A stretch of 64,000 nucleotides of DNA from Myxococcales bacterium (GCA_043747615.1 JAYTOU010000042.1:59144-123143); one strand, 5' to 3'. Counted from the first letter of the stretch, positions 18,814 through 30,447 are shown. A program made the numbers and translations. Notes: generated from the sequence alone by a model not told the origin.

Positions 18814-20990
18814 GCTGGCCCGACGTCGTCTGGAGCGCCGCCGTGCTCCGCGGGATCGACGATCGCGCGCGCACCGAGATTGAAGCCGCAGGCTCGAGTC
18901 GCGCTTGCACGAAGGGTGAGAAGATCTTCGCCTCGGGTGAACCCGCCGATGCTTTTTTCGTGGTCGAGGAGGGCCGCGTGGCCGTTCGGGCGATCCCCCG
19001 TGGCGAAGGGGAAATCAGGATCATTCGCGAGGTCGTGCGCGGCGAATCGTTCGGCGAAGAATCTACCCTGCGTGCCGGCTCGACCCGGCAGATGGAGGCG
19101 GTGTGTCTCGAGACCACGCGGGTCGCGGTTATCCCGGCTCCGCTTTTCACGCGGACGGCCGAGCGCGGTGGCGAGGGCGAAGCCTCCGTCAACTTGAAGA
19201 AGACTCTGCGTCGTGCGGCGACGCTGGACTTGCTGAGGACGACGTCGTTTGCGCGCAAGCTCGCGGATCGCGAAATCGAAGTTCTGCTCGACAGCGTCTC
19301 GCACGTGGAGCTCGCTCGTGGTGAGTACCTCTTTCGCGAAAGAGACCCAGCGACCCACGTGTACTTCATCGCCGACGGGATGGTGCAGCTCCAAGTGGAG
19401 GACGACGAGAAGCTCCACGTGCGCGCGTACCTCGGACGCGGTGACGTCGTCGGCGACGGCGAAATTTCGACCGGCGAGCCTCGGCGAACGAGCGCCGTTG
19501 CCAGCGGTGCTACCTGGGCCCTCGGCGTACCGCGCAGCGTGTTCATCGCCGTCGACGCGCGAAATCCAGGTCTTTTGCAGGGTATTCGTCGGGTCGTGGA
19601 GGAAAATGAGGACAGGCTCCTCGCCATCGCCGTCTCGGCGAATACGACGCAGCACGTCTTCAAGGATCTCTATCGACTGAACGTGGCGCGTTCGCTCTTG
19701 GTGATCGATCAGGAGTCGTGCGTGCGGTGCGGGCACTGCGCGTGGAGCTGCGCGAGCGTCCACGACGATGGCGTCTCGCGGCTCGTCCGGCGCGGCGACA
19801 AAGTGGTGAGCAAGCTCGAAGGGGGCGGGACGGCCTCGCTTCTTCTGCCCAACAGCTGCCAGCACTGCGAAAATCCGAGCTGCATGCCGGAGTGCCCCAC
19901 GGGGGCGATCGGCCGTGATCCGCGCGGCGAGGTGTTCATCCGTGAGGACCTTTGCACCGGCTGCGGCAACTGCGCGAAGGGGTGCCCCTGGGACAACATC
20001 CAGATGGCGGCGCGCCTCACCGTCGACACCGGCGTCTTCGGGTCTGTCGGAGGCTCACCGGAGGTAGCCGTAAAGTGCGACCTCTGCAGCGATCGCGCGG
20101 ACGGGCCGGCGTGCGTCGCGTCGTGCCCCACGCAGTCGATCCTCCGCATTCGCCCGAGTGCCGTCCTGCTCGACGTACGGGACGCTCTTGGAAAACAAGG
20201 ACCCGCGGAGCTGATGCCTCGTCCGGCGCCTGCGTGGCCATGGGTTGCCGGGGCGGCACTAGCGTCCGTCGCCATCGCGGTGCTCCCGGCGGGAACATCC
20301 AAGCTCGGCACGGGAATCCTTAGCGGTCTGCTCATGGTCGCGCTCGCCGCGTACGCGTTCATAAAGCGCAGGCTCGCCCCAAAGCTGCGGCCTCACTTCA
20401 TCGCGCATCTCGTCATGGGCATCGTCGTCGTCGGCGTCGTCCTCGCGCACGCCGGATCGCGCGTCCCCTCCAACCTCGGCGGAAGCCTTTTTTTAGCTTT
20501 TTTCGTGGCCGCTGGCCTCGGTGTGCTCGGAGCCCTCGCCTACCGCTTCGTCCCCAAGAGTCTGTCGCGCATCGAGAAGCGCGGGGCGCTGCCGGAGGAC
20601 CTCCCCGGTCACGCGCGCGATCTCGAAGCGCGAATCTTCCGCGAGCTGAGCGGGCGCAGCGAGCTCGTCAAAACAATCTTCAGGAAAATTCTCGATCCGT
20701 ACCGCCGCTCACCGCTCTCGCCGATTCTTCTCGTGGCGCGCGCCACGACGCTCGCGAAGGAGCAGCGTCGCCTGCGAAGCGAGATCGAAAAAATCATCGA
20801 GGGGCGGTCCGGGGACAAGCTTCAGGGGCTCGATGATCTGATCGCGGTCGTCGTCGAGGGTCGCGCGGTGACGGCGCAGCGATTCCTTCAAGGGGTGCTG
20901 CGCGGCTGGCTCGCTCTCCACGTTGCCGTCTCCGTTCTCGTGGTGATCCTGCTCGTTCTGCACGCTGTGTTCGCGGTCGCCTACCGATGA
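18810..20990 (+). CDS. two cyclic-nucleotide-binding domains + 4x[4Fe-4S] ferredoxin + membrane domain with two H-x13-H pairs
   Basis: GTG start overlaps the upstream stop. cNMP domains: FFVVEEGRV..GESFGEES and VYFIADGMV..GDVVGDGE..PRRTSA. Cluster motifs CVRCGHCAWSC, CQHCENPSCMPECP, CTGCGNCAKGCP, KCDLC..PACVASCP. C-terminal TM helices carry paired His. Confidence 0.85.
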   Translation: MSWPDVVWSAAVLRGIDDRARTEIEAAGSSRACTKGEKIFASGEPADAFFVVEEGRVAVRAIPRGEGEIRIIREVVRGESFGEESTLRAGSTRQMEAVCLETTRVAVIPAPLFTRTAERGGEGEASVNLKKTLRRAATLDLLRTTSFARKLADREIEVLLDSVSHVELARGEYLFRERDPATHVYFIADGMVQLQVEDDEKLHVRAYLGRGDVVGDGEISTGEPRRTSAVASGATWALGVPRSVFIAVDARNPGLLQGIRRVVEENEDRLLAIAVSANTTQHVFKDLYRLNVARSLLVIDQESCVRCGHCAWSCASVHDDGVSRLVRRGDKVVSKLEGGGTASLLLPNSCQHCENPSCMPECPTGAIGRDPRGEVFIREDLCTGCGNCAKGCPWDNIQMAARLTVDTGVFGSVGGSPEVAVKCDLCSDRADGPACVASCPTQSILRIRPSAVLLDVRDALGKQGPAELMPRPAPAWPWVAGAALASVAIAVLPAGTSKLGTGILSGLLMVALAAYAFIKRRLAPKLRPHFIAHLVMGIVVVGVVLAHAGSRVPSNLGGSLFLAFFVAAGLGVLGALAYRFVPKSLSRIEKRGALPEDLPGHARDLEARIFRELSGRSELVKTIFRKILDPYRRSPLSPILLVARATTLAKEQRRLRSEIEKIIEGRSGDKLQGLDDLIAVVVEGRAVTAQRFLQGVLRGWLALHVAVSVLVVILLVLHAVFAVAYR

Positions 20991-23029
20991 GTGACGAGGC
21001 TCTTTTTTCGGGCGGTTCGCAAGCCAAAGGGGGGCTTCGTCGGGCACGTGCCCTAATTCGGGCGGCGGCTTCGAGCGACGTGAAGCGCGCTCGCGAGATC
21101 GCGCTGGCGACTCTCGGCGCAGGGATAGCGCTCGCCCTCGCGCTCTTTTTTTTCGGAGCGCCAACGTCGCTTCGCACACCCGGCCCACTCGCTCGACCTC
21201 ACCAGGCGGCGCATATCGCCTGCGGCTCGTGCCATGCAGACCGCGGCGACGGGAAGGGAGCGGCGGGGGCGTGCACGACCTGCCACGGACAGGCGGCTCA
21301 CCCATCGACGCGCCCGGCCCACCGCGCCCTCGCTGCGGCCGGAAAGCTCGGCTGCGTGAGCTGCCATCCAGCGCACGGAGCGGGCGAAGGCGTCACTTTT
21401 CTTGGCCAAAAACGCTTTGTTCGCTGGGGCGACGGCGACGACGTCGAGGGAACGCTGAAGAACGGTGACGCGCCGAAGGGGGCGACGGTGCCGCTGCTGC
21501 CGCTCACGACGTGCACGCGATGTCATGATCCAGCGGGCGCGTCGGATCCTCTTAGGGTGTGCCTGACGGCGAGCGGATCGAGCGGCTGCTTCGACGAGCA
21601 CCAACGCGTCGATCGACTCGGCGCTCCGGGCGCGGCGGTGTGCGCGCGTCAGCATGTTCCGTCGCGCTTCGTGGCCTGGGATGCTGCGCGCGAGGTTGCG
21701 GCAACCACGCCGAGCGTCCGCGAGTTTCACGCGGCGCCGATGGTGTGGGCCTTTTCGCCCTTCGCTGGGGCGAGTCTGATGCTCGTTGGAACTCGTGTTT
21801 TCAGGCGGTTTCGTCGCGCACCGGCCAAGAAAACCACGCCGCTTGCCGCCGCCGCGCGCGTGCGCCTTCCGCAGATCGACACCAACACCTGCCTCGGCTG
21901 CTACGCCTGTGTCGACGCGTGCCCCTTCGACGTTCTCGAGATTGAAAAATACGTAGCCGTGGTCGCGCGGCCCGCCGACTGCTGCGGTGTGGTCCTCTGC
22001 GAGCAAGCCTGTCCAAACGGGTCGCTCGTGATCACCGAGGGTGCCCCGATCGAGACCCGACCACGCGTGGATGGATCGCTGGAGAGCCTCGATGCGCCGG
22101 GGATTTTTCTCGCCGGGGATCTCACCGGGCTTCCGCTCATCAAAAACGCGATCGGCCAAGGCAAACGGGCGATCGACCGGGTAGCCGAGAGTATCTCCGC
22201 ACGAGATCGCGTGAGGGGCGACGGAAAAAACGTGGACGTGGTGATCATCGGCGCGGGCCCCGCGGGGATCAGCGCCTCCCTCCGCGCGCGTGAGCTTGGG
22301 CTCTCGTACGTCACCCTGGAGCAGGCCACCGTTGCCGCCAGCATCAAGAGCTTCCCACGCGACAAGCTCATCTTCGATCAGCCGCTCGATCTGCCGGTGG
22401 AAGGCGAGCTCTGGATGCGCGAGTCGTCCAAGGAGGAGCTCCTCGTCCAGTGGGCACGCATCGTTCGCGCAAGAAAACTGGCTATTTCGGAGCACCATCG
22501 GGTGACGGACATCGTCAGGCAAGGTGGGCGCTACGCCGTCACCGCGCTCGCGCGACAGAACGAGGAGCTGACGTTTGGAGCGACCCGCGTGGTTCTGGCG
22601 ATCGGCCGCAGAGGAACACCGCGGCCACTCGACGCAGAGATCGACGCCGCAGCCGAGACCTCCGTCAGCTATGCGCTCGCCGACGCGCGGAGCTTCGCCG
22701 ACAAGAACGTGCTCATTGTTGGCCTCGGGGATTCGGCGATGGAAGCTGCTGTCGCCATCGCGCGCCAGCCGGGAACGACCGTCACCGTGTCGTACCGCGG
22801 AAAAGATTTTGCGCGGGGCAAGGCGCGGAACATCGCCGAGCTGAAGTCGCTCGTCGCCCGGGGGCGCATCACGCTCATCTTCGAGAGCGAAGTCCGCCGC
22901 GTCGAGGTGGGTCGCGCTACCCTGGTGGTGCGGGGTGAAAAACGCATCGTCTCTACGGATGGAATCATCGTCCTCATCGGGGGGGTGGCGAGCAGCGACC
23001 TGCTCATCCGGGCCGGGGTAAAGTTCTGA
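20987..23029 (+). CDS. tetraheme cytochrome c + Fe-S ferredoxin + FAD/NAD(P)-dependent oxidoreductase (TrxB-like) fusion
   Basis: ATGA overlap with the upstream stop. N-terminal TM; CGSCH, CTTCH, CVSCH, CTRCH; second hydrophobic segment; CLGCYACVDACP and CCGVVLCEQACP; GIFLAGD, GAGPAG and GLGDSA. Confidence 0.85.
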   Translation: MSDEALFSGGSQAKGGLRRARALIRAAASSDVKRAREIALATLGAGIALALALFFFGAPTSLRTPGPLARPHQAAHIACGSCHADRGDGKGAAGACTTCHGQAAHPSTRPAHRALAAAGKLGCVSCHPAHGAGEGVTFLGQKRFVRWGDGDDVEGTLKNGDAPKGATVPLLPLTTCTRCHDPAGASDPLRVCLTASGSSGCFDEHQRVDRLGAPGAAVCARQHVPSRFVAWDAAREVAATTPSVREFHAAPMVWAFSPFAGASLMLVGTRVFRRFRRAPAKKTTPLAAAARVRLPQIDTNTCLGCYACVDACPFDVLEIEKYVAVVARPADCCGVVLCEQACPNGSLVITEGAPIETRPRVDGSLESLDAPGIFLAGDLTGLPLIKNAIGQGKRAIDRVAESISARDRVRGDGKNVDVVIIGAGPAGISASLRARELGLSYVTLEQATVAASIKSFPRDKLIFDQPLDLPVEGELWMRESSKEELLVQWARIVRARKLAISEHHRVTDIVRQGGRYAVTALARQNEELTFGATRVVLAIGRRGTPRPLDAEIDAAAETSVSYALADARSFADKNVLIVGLGDSAMEAAVAIARQPGTTVTVSYRGKDFARGKARNIAELKSLVARGRITLIFESEVRRVEVGRATLVVRGEKRIVSTDGIIVLIGGVASSDLLIRAGVKF

Positions 23030-23071
23030 CGTCAGAAATCGTTTTCCATCGTCACACGTAAGAGGGACATC

Positions 23072-24628
23072 ATGAGGATTCCGACCGTCGCGATGTGGGC
23101 GCTTTTTGGCATGGTGGCATCGAGCGCTGCGGCCATGGCCGTACCGATTTCACCGGCAAATTCCACGGCGAGCATTCAGGGGGACATGGGCGGAAGCGGC
23201 GGAACGGGGGGCGGGAAGACCAACCTGATCCAGGCCGACATCTCCCACTTCACGGCTGGAAAAACCCTCACCGTCGACGGGCGGCTCGGACACGCGGCCA
23301 TCGCAAACGGCAGCCCCAGCGACACCTTTCTCTTTGCGTCCGTCGCCGGCTCGGACGCGGCCAGCCAAGCGGCACCTCCTCTCAATCTCGCGATCGTGAT
23401 CGACCGCTCGGGATCGATGAAGGGAGACAGGATCGCGAACGCGATCGCCGCGGCGGTGGGCACCATCGAGCGCCTACGGGACGGCGATAGCGTCACCGTC
23501 GTCAGCTTCGACACCGAGGCTCAAGTCGTCGTCCCTCCGACCCGCGCCAGCTCGTCCACGCGACCGAGCATCGAGGCAGCGATCCAGGCCATTCGCTTGG
23601 GCGGTGACACGTGCATCTCGTGCGGCCTCGACCTCGGAATGACGGAGCTGTCGCAGGCGAACCTAGGCGGCGATCGCGTGACGCGGATGCTCCTCCTGTC
23701 GGACGGCGCGACGAATCACGGCATCAAAGACATCGGCGGCCTCCGCGCCATGGCCGGGCGCATGCGCGATCGCGGCTGCTCGATCTCGACGATCGGTGTC
23801 GATGTCGAGTTCGACGAGAAGGTGATGGCGGCGATCGCCGTGGAGTCAAACGGTCGGCATTACTTCGTGGCCAACCCGAGCGGCCTGCCCGCGATTTTTG
23901 CGCAGGAGTTCGACAACCTCCTCAGCACCGTCGCTCGGGACAGTGAGCTCGCCATCGATCTCGCGCCCGGCGTCGAGCTCGAGCAAGTCTTTGATCGCTC
24001 GTTCCGGCGCGAGGGCTCGCGGATCATCGTCCCTTTCGGAACGTTCAGCGCCAAGCAAGAAAAGACAGTGCTCATGAAGCTGCGCGTCGCTGGCAGCCAG
24101 GACGGAATGAAGCCCGTCGCTACCGTCAAGCTCTCGTACCGCGATCTCGTCGAGCGCTCGAACGCGAGCTGCCAGGGCGACCTCGCGCTCATGGTGACGA
24201 GCGACGGCAGCGGTCCGCGGGAGCTCGACCCTTTCGTTGCCGCACGCGTGGAGCGAAGCCGCACCGCACAGACGCTGACCGAGGCCAACGTTCTGTTCGA
24301 GCAAGGACGCATCGGTGAGGCGCAGGCGAAGCTCGCCCGGCAGGAGACCGAGCTGCGTGCGAGTGGAACGTCGGCGCGCGCCTCTGCCAAGAAGAGCCCG
24401 TCGGCCGATGCGTTCAAATCCGGGGCGCTGGACCGCGACTTCGAATCGCAGCTCGCGGCGGTCGCCTCCGCCGAAGCGAATTTTGCCCCCGCCGCAGCCG
24501 CTCCTGTCTCCCAAGCCGGCGGTGGCGGGTTGGCCGCCTCCCCCCCGCGCGCAAAGCCCCAGGATTCGCACGAAGGCAAAGCCCAGGTGCGATCGAACCA
24601 GGACACGGCGAGCCAGCTCGGCTTCTGA
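23072..24628 (+). CDS. secreted von Willebrand factor A domain protein (YfbK-like)
   Basis: Signal-peptide-like N-terminus, PLNLAIVIDRSGSM (intact MIDAS), LLLSDG and ISTIGV. Purine-rich RBS (agaggg) upstream. Confidence 0.88.
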   Translation: MRIPTVAMWALFGMVASSAAAMAVPISPANSTASIQGDMGGSGGTGGGKTNLIQADISHFTAGKTLTVDGRLGHAAIANGSPSDTFLFASVAGSDAASQAAPPLNLAIVIDRSGSMKGDRIANAIAAAVGTIERLRDGDSVTVVSFDTEAQVVVPPTRASSSTRPSIEAAIQAIRLGGDTCISCGLDLGMTELSQANLGGDRVTRMLLLSDGATNHGIKDIGGLRAMAGRMRDRGCSISTIGVDVEFDEKVMAAIAVESNGRHYFVANPSGLPAIFAQEFDNLLSTVARDSELAIDLAPGVELEQVFDRSFRREGSRIIVPFGTFSAKQEKTVLMKLRVAGSQDGMKPVATVKLSYRDLVERSNASCQGDLALMVTSDGSGPRELDPFVAARVERSRTAQTLTEANVLFEQGRIGEAQAKLARQETELRASGTSARASAKKSPSADAFKSGALDRDFESQLAAVASAEANFAPAAAAPVSQAGGGGLAASPPRAKPQDSHEGKAQVRSNQDTASQLGF

Positions 24629-24673
24629 TTCGACGGGCTTCCGTCCGCACCTGTACAGATGTACCGTGGCTGC

Positions 24674-25972
24674 TTGTCTCTCCGCAGCAAGCTCGCACGC
24701 CTCGCCCCTCCTGTTGCTCCGCGAGAGCTTGGGCTCCTCGCAGATCTGCGCGCGAAGATTGACGGCATCCTCGAGAAGACAGCGCGTCGTGAAGCGCGGT
24801 CGCGAGCGGTCGATACTCCCGACCTCCCCTTCGTCACCAGCGAGACGCCGCTCGGTCCCCTTCATCTGCGAACGCAGCGCCTCTCCGCGGCTCATCGCAT
24901 GGGTCGGGCCTCTCTTCTGCCTTCGCGCGACGCCAGCTCGGAGCTCCTTGCGCTCCTCGCACTCGATCCGACGATCGCGCCGCGCAAGCTAGCGGGAGCG
25001 CTCTACCTCGACACGGAGACAACGGGGCTCGCCGGCGGCACGGGAACGGTGGCTTTTCTCGTGGGATTGGCTCGCTGGGCCCCCGCGGAGCGTGAGGACG
25101 GGCACACAAGCGGCGGCCTGATCCTCGAGCAACTCCTGGTGCGGAATCTCGGTGAAGAAGGGCCGATGCTCGAGTTCGTTGCCCGGCGTATCCGCGAAGC
25201 ATCGATGCTCGTGACCTTCAACGGAAAGAGCTTCGACCTCCCGCTCTTGCGAACGCGCTTCGTTATGGCGCGAATCGCGCGGCCGGAAGAGCCGCCTCAT
25301 CTAGACCTTCTTCACGTCGCACGACGTCTCCACAAGCGGCGCGGCGTGGAGTGCAAGCTCACCACGATCGAGCGCGAGGTGCTCGGCTTCGAGCGAGTCG
25401 ACGATTGCCCGTCCGGCGAGGTGAGCGCGCATTACCTGCATTTTCTGCGCACCGGCGAGACGCGCGCCCTCCTCGGCGTCATCGAGCACAACGCATGGGA
25501 CGTCGTCGCCATGGCCGCTCTCGTCGGTCTCTACGGCGAGCCGCTCGAGGGAAGCGCCCTTGCGCCGGCCGATCTCATTGGACTTGCGCGCACGCTGAAG
25601 CGGGCAGGGAAGGTCGATCACGCGCTCGCCGCCGTGACCCTCGCGGTCGAGCGAGGCGCAGGGTCGGACTCACTCCGTGCGCGAGCCGAGATCTGCAAAG
25701 CGCGGGGCGAGCGGGATCACGCTCTTCGCGACTACGCAGCGCTCTCGGAACTGGTGGACGACGTGCACGTGCGACTCGAGCTGGCGAAGCTCTACGAGCA
25801 CTTCGCGAAAGAGCCCGCGCGCGCGCTGGCCATCGTGGCCCAAGGGACCGGCGAGACGACGGCGGCCACGGAGAAGCGCTCCCTTCGCCTTTCGCGCAAG
25901 GCCAGCCGCCCCAAGCAAGCCGCTCTCTTTCCCCAAAATCCGACGGCGCCGCGCCGAAGCCGTCAAACGTGA
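24674..25972 (+). CDS. YprB/MrfB-like RNase H-fold (DEDD) exonuclease with TPR-like C-terminus
   Basis: YLDTETTGL, VTFNGKSFDLP, HLDL, HNAWDV and ELAKLYEH. Start uncertain (24659 or TTG 24674). Confidence 0.82.
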   Translation: MSLRSKLARLAPPVAPRELGLLADLRAKIDGILEKTARREARSRAVDTPDLPFVTSETPLGPLHLRTQRLSAAHRMGRASLLPSRDASSELLALLALDPTIAPRKLAGALYLDTETTGLAGGTGTVAFLVGLARWAPAEREDGHTSGGLILEQLLVRNLGEEGPMLEFVARRIREASMLVTFNGKSFDLPLLRTRFVMARIARPEEPPHLDLLHVARRLHKRRGVECKLTTIEREVLGFERVDDCPSGEVSAHYLHFLRTGETRALLGVIEHNAWDVVAMAALVGLYGEPLEGSALAPADLIGLARTLKRAGKVDHALAAVTLAVERGAGSDSLRARAEICKARGERDHALRDYAALSELVDDVHVRLELAKLYEHFAKEPARALAIVAQGTGETTAATEKRSLRLSRKASRPKQAALFPQNPTAPRRSRQT

Positions 25973-25985
25973 TAAATCGCGTCGT

Positions 25986-28493
<2,508 letters not shown>

Positions 28494-28498
28494 CGCGC

Positions 28499-29050
28499 GT
28501 GAAGGAGCTCGGCTCGGTAGCGTTCGTTCTCCTTGCTCTCACGGGGTGCGGGTATCGCCCGCTTTACGGTGGAGACAGCGCCGTCTCCCGCTTGCACGTG
28601 ACCCTCGTGCGGACCGTCGTCGCCGATGCAATTGCCAGCGACGAGGTGCTGAGCGGCGTGCGAGCGACCCTTGCACGCGAGGGCGCCCTCGCATCCGGGA
28701 GCGGATATCCGCGCGTCGAGGTTGAGGTCCTTCGCGCCGACGAGAAGAGCGACGGCGTCGCCGCCGTGGGTGGCGTCACGGGTGTTCCGAGAGCGCGCGC
28801 GAGCGAGGTCGGCGTGATCGCGCGGGCATGGTTGATCCGCTTCGAAGGCGGTCGGAGGGAGGCGGACACCGGGGACGTTCGCGCTTTCGACGCGGTGACG
28901 ACGAGGGGATCCGAGCAGCTCGGGGCCGAGGGCTTACGCCACGACGACGCTCTGCGCGCAGTTGCCCGCCGTGTCGGCGAACGCTTGGGGATGCGTGTCC
29001 TCGGGCATCCCGTGGCGCGGGACGAATCGATGGGCGACCGCGGGGATTGA
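28499..29050 (+). CDS. LptE-like lipoprotein
   Basis: Lipobox LTGC followed by GYRPLYG, immediately downstream of leuS (the usual leuS-lptE synteny). Confidence 0.62.
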   Translation: MKELGSVAFVLLALTGCGYRPLYGGDSAVSRLHVTLVRTVVADAIASDEVLSGVRATLAREGALASGSGYPRVEVEVLRADEKSDGVAAVGGVTGVPRARASEVGVIARAWLIRFEGGRREADTGDVRAFDAVTTRGSEQLGAEGLRHDDALRAVARRVGERLGMRVLGHPVARDESMGDRGD

Positions 29051-29082
29051 AAGCATGGTACCGTGCCGCCGGTGATGGTCCG

Positions 29083-29781
29083 ATGAAAGCCGAGAAGCCC
29101 GAGGTTGTAAGCACGCCGCTCAGCACCCCTCTGATCACGATGGGCTGCGCGGGGTTTCCGGTCCCAGCCACGCGCTACTTTAAAGAGTTTCTTTTCGTCG
29201 AGGTTCAGGAAACCCACGTTTCCGTACCTGGAACGGGAACCGTGCGGCGCTGGCGTCGCGAGGCGCCCGAGGGCTTCACCTTTGCGCTCCTTGCTCCTCG
29301 AGAAATCGGGCAGGAAGGATTCCGCGAGGGGAAGGTCACCGAGAACGCGCTCAAAAGCCTGGTCGAGGTCGGCAAGGAGCTCGACGCGAAGACTGCCATT
29401 TTCGTGGCCCCTCCGGAGTTCACGACGAGCCGAGGAAATAAGTCCGCCCTGAAGGACTTCCTCGCGACCGTGCGCAAGAAGTTCGATCGCGTGGTCTGGG
29501 AGCCGCCGCCCCTCTGGGACGCAGACGATGCTGCTGCTCTCGCCGCGGACGCCGGGGTCATCGCCTCCCGCGATCCGCTCGCACACGGCGTGACGACGGC
29601 GCCGATCGCCTACTACCGGATGCCTGGCCCGGCCGGCCACAAGAGCCGCTACGAAGATCCGGCGATCGAGAAGCTTGCCGAGCTTGCCCGCAAGGCGAAG
29701 CACAAAGACGCGACGTACGTTTTCACCAACGTGGACATGTTCGCGGACGCCAAGCGCTTCAAGAAAGCGATGAAGCTTTAA
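29083..29781 (+). CDS. DUF72 family protein
   Basis: MGCAGF, FVEVQET, WRREAPEGFTF, YYRMPG and YVFTN resemble DUF72/YecE, though divergent. Confidence 0.7.
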   Translation: MKAEKPEVVSTPLSTPLITMGCAGFPVPATRYFKEFLFVEVQETHVSVPGTGTVRRWRREAPEGFTFALLAPREIGQEGFREGKVTENALKSLVEVGKELDAKTAIFVAPPEFTTSRGNKSALKDFLATVRKKFDRVVWEPPPLWDADDAAALAADAGVIASRDPLAHGVTTAPIAYYRMPGPAGHKSRYEDPAIEKLAELARKAKHKDATYVFTNVDMFADAKRFKKAMKL

Positions 29782-29783
29782 AA

Positions 29784-29820
29784 AAAGAAGCCGACGCGAT
29801 CCGCTCGCGCCGGCTTCTTT
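29784..29820. terminator. bidirectional intrinsic terminator
   Basis: Hairpin aaagaagccg-a-cgcga / tcgcg-c-cggcttcttt with A- and T-rich flanks, between convergent genes. Confidence 0.75.
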
Positions 29821-29847
29821 CTCAACACGCTTCCGCGCTGGCTTGGC

Positions 29848-30336
29848 TTACTGGCACTCGGTTTTGCAATGGGCCGAGAGGCACGCAACCCAGGTCTGCT
29901 CGAGACCGACCGAGGCGGAGTGCGCGTCGCGGCACAACTGGATGTCGTCCTGCAACTTTCCGCCAGCGTCGCCCCCGCCGTCTGCCGGGTCGTTCATGAT
30001 TGCGGTGTTGATGCAGCTCTGGAGAAGGGTGCAGTCGGACTCGCCGCCCGTCGCCGTCGGCTTGAAGCACGCATTGACGGACTCGCAGCAGCTCGTCTGA
30101 AGACACGAGGTGCACGTGGCGTTGTTGAGGGTGACGACGAGGGTGCACATGCCGGCATCGATGACCGCGGAGTCGCCGCCCGTGCCGGTGTCCCTGGCAG
30201 AGGAGCCATCGGTGGAGCCGCCGTCGCCGAAGATGCCGCCTTCGTCGGGCACGAACGGGCCGGTCGTAACCGTACACGCTGCTACCGCCGCGATGAATCC
30301 AACCGAAATGCCAAGCTTGGTTAAAGAAGATTTCAT
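29848..30336 (-). CDS. Cys-rich lipoprotein
   Basis: Lipobox VAAC, Gly/Asp-rich linker, and Cys motifs CTSCLQTSCC, CTLLQSC, CLSAHCKTEC. Confidence 0.75.
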   Translation of the reverse strand: MKSSLTKLGISVGFIAAVAACTVTTGPFVPDEGGIFGDGGSTDGSSARDTGTGGDSAVIDAGMCTLVVTLNNATCTSCLQTSCCESVNACFKPTATGGESDCTLLQSCINTAIMNDPADGGGDAGGKLQDDIQLCRDAHSASVGLEQTWVACLSAHCKTECQ

Positions 30337-30447
30337 GCGATTCTTTCCTTCCGAGAGGCGGATGCCGCCTCAATTCGTTGGGTAAGTGTCCCCAAGCCTC
30401 GCCGTCCGTCAACGCTTATTGTTGGACGAAGCGGGACCCGATTGTCT

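Noticed and set aside
21559..21655. CFDEH and CARQH as extra heme sites
   Set aside because: They do not fit CxxCH and were not counted, although atypical attachment cannot be excluded.
25677..25985. N-terminal extension of LeuS in the ORF track
   Set aside because: Overlaps the exonuclease gene in another frame; LeuS homology starts near ATG 25986.
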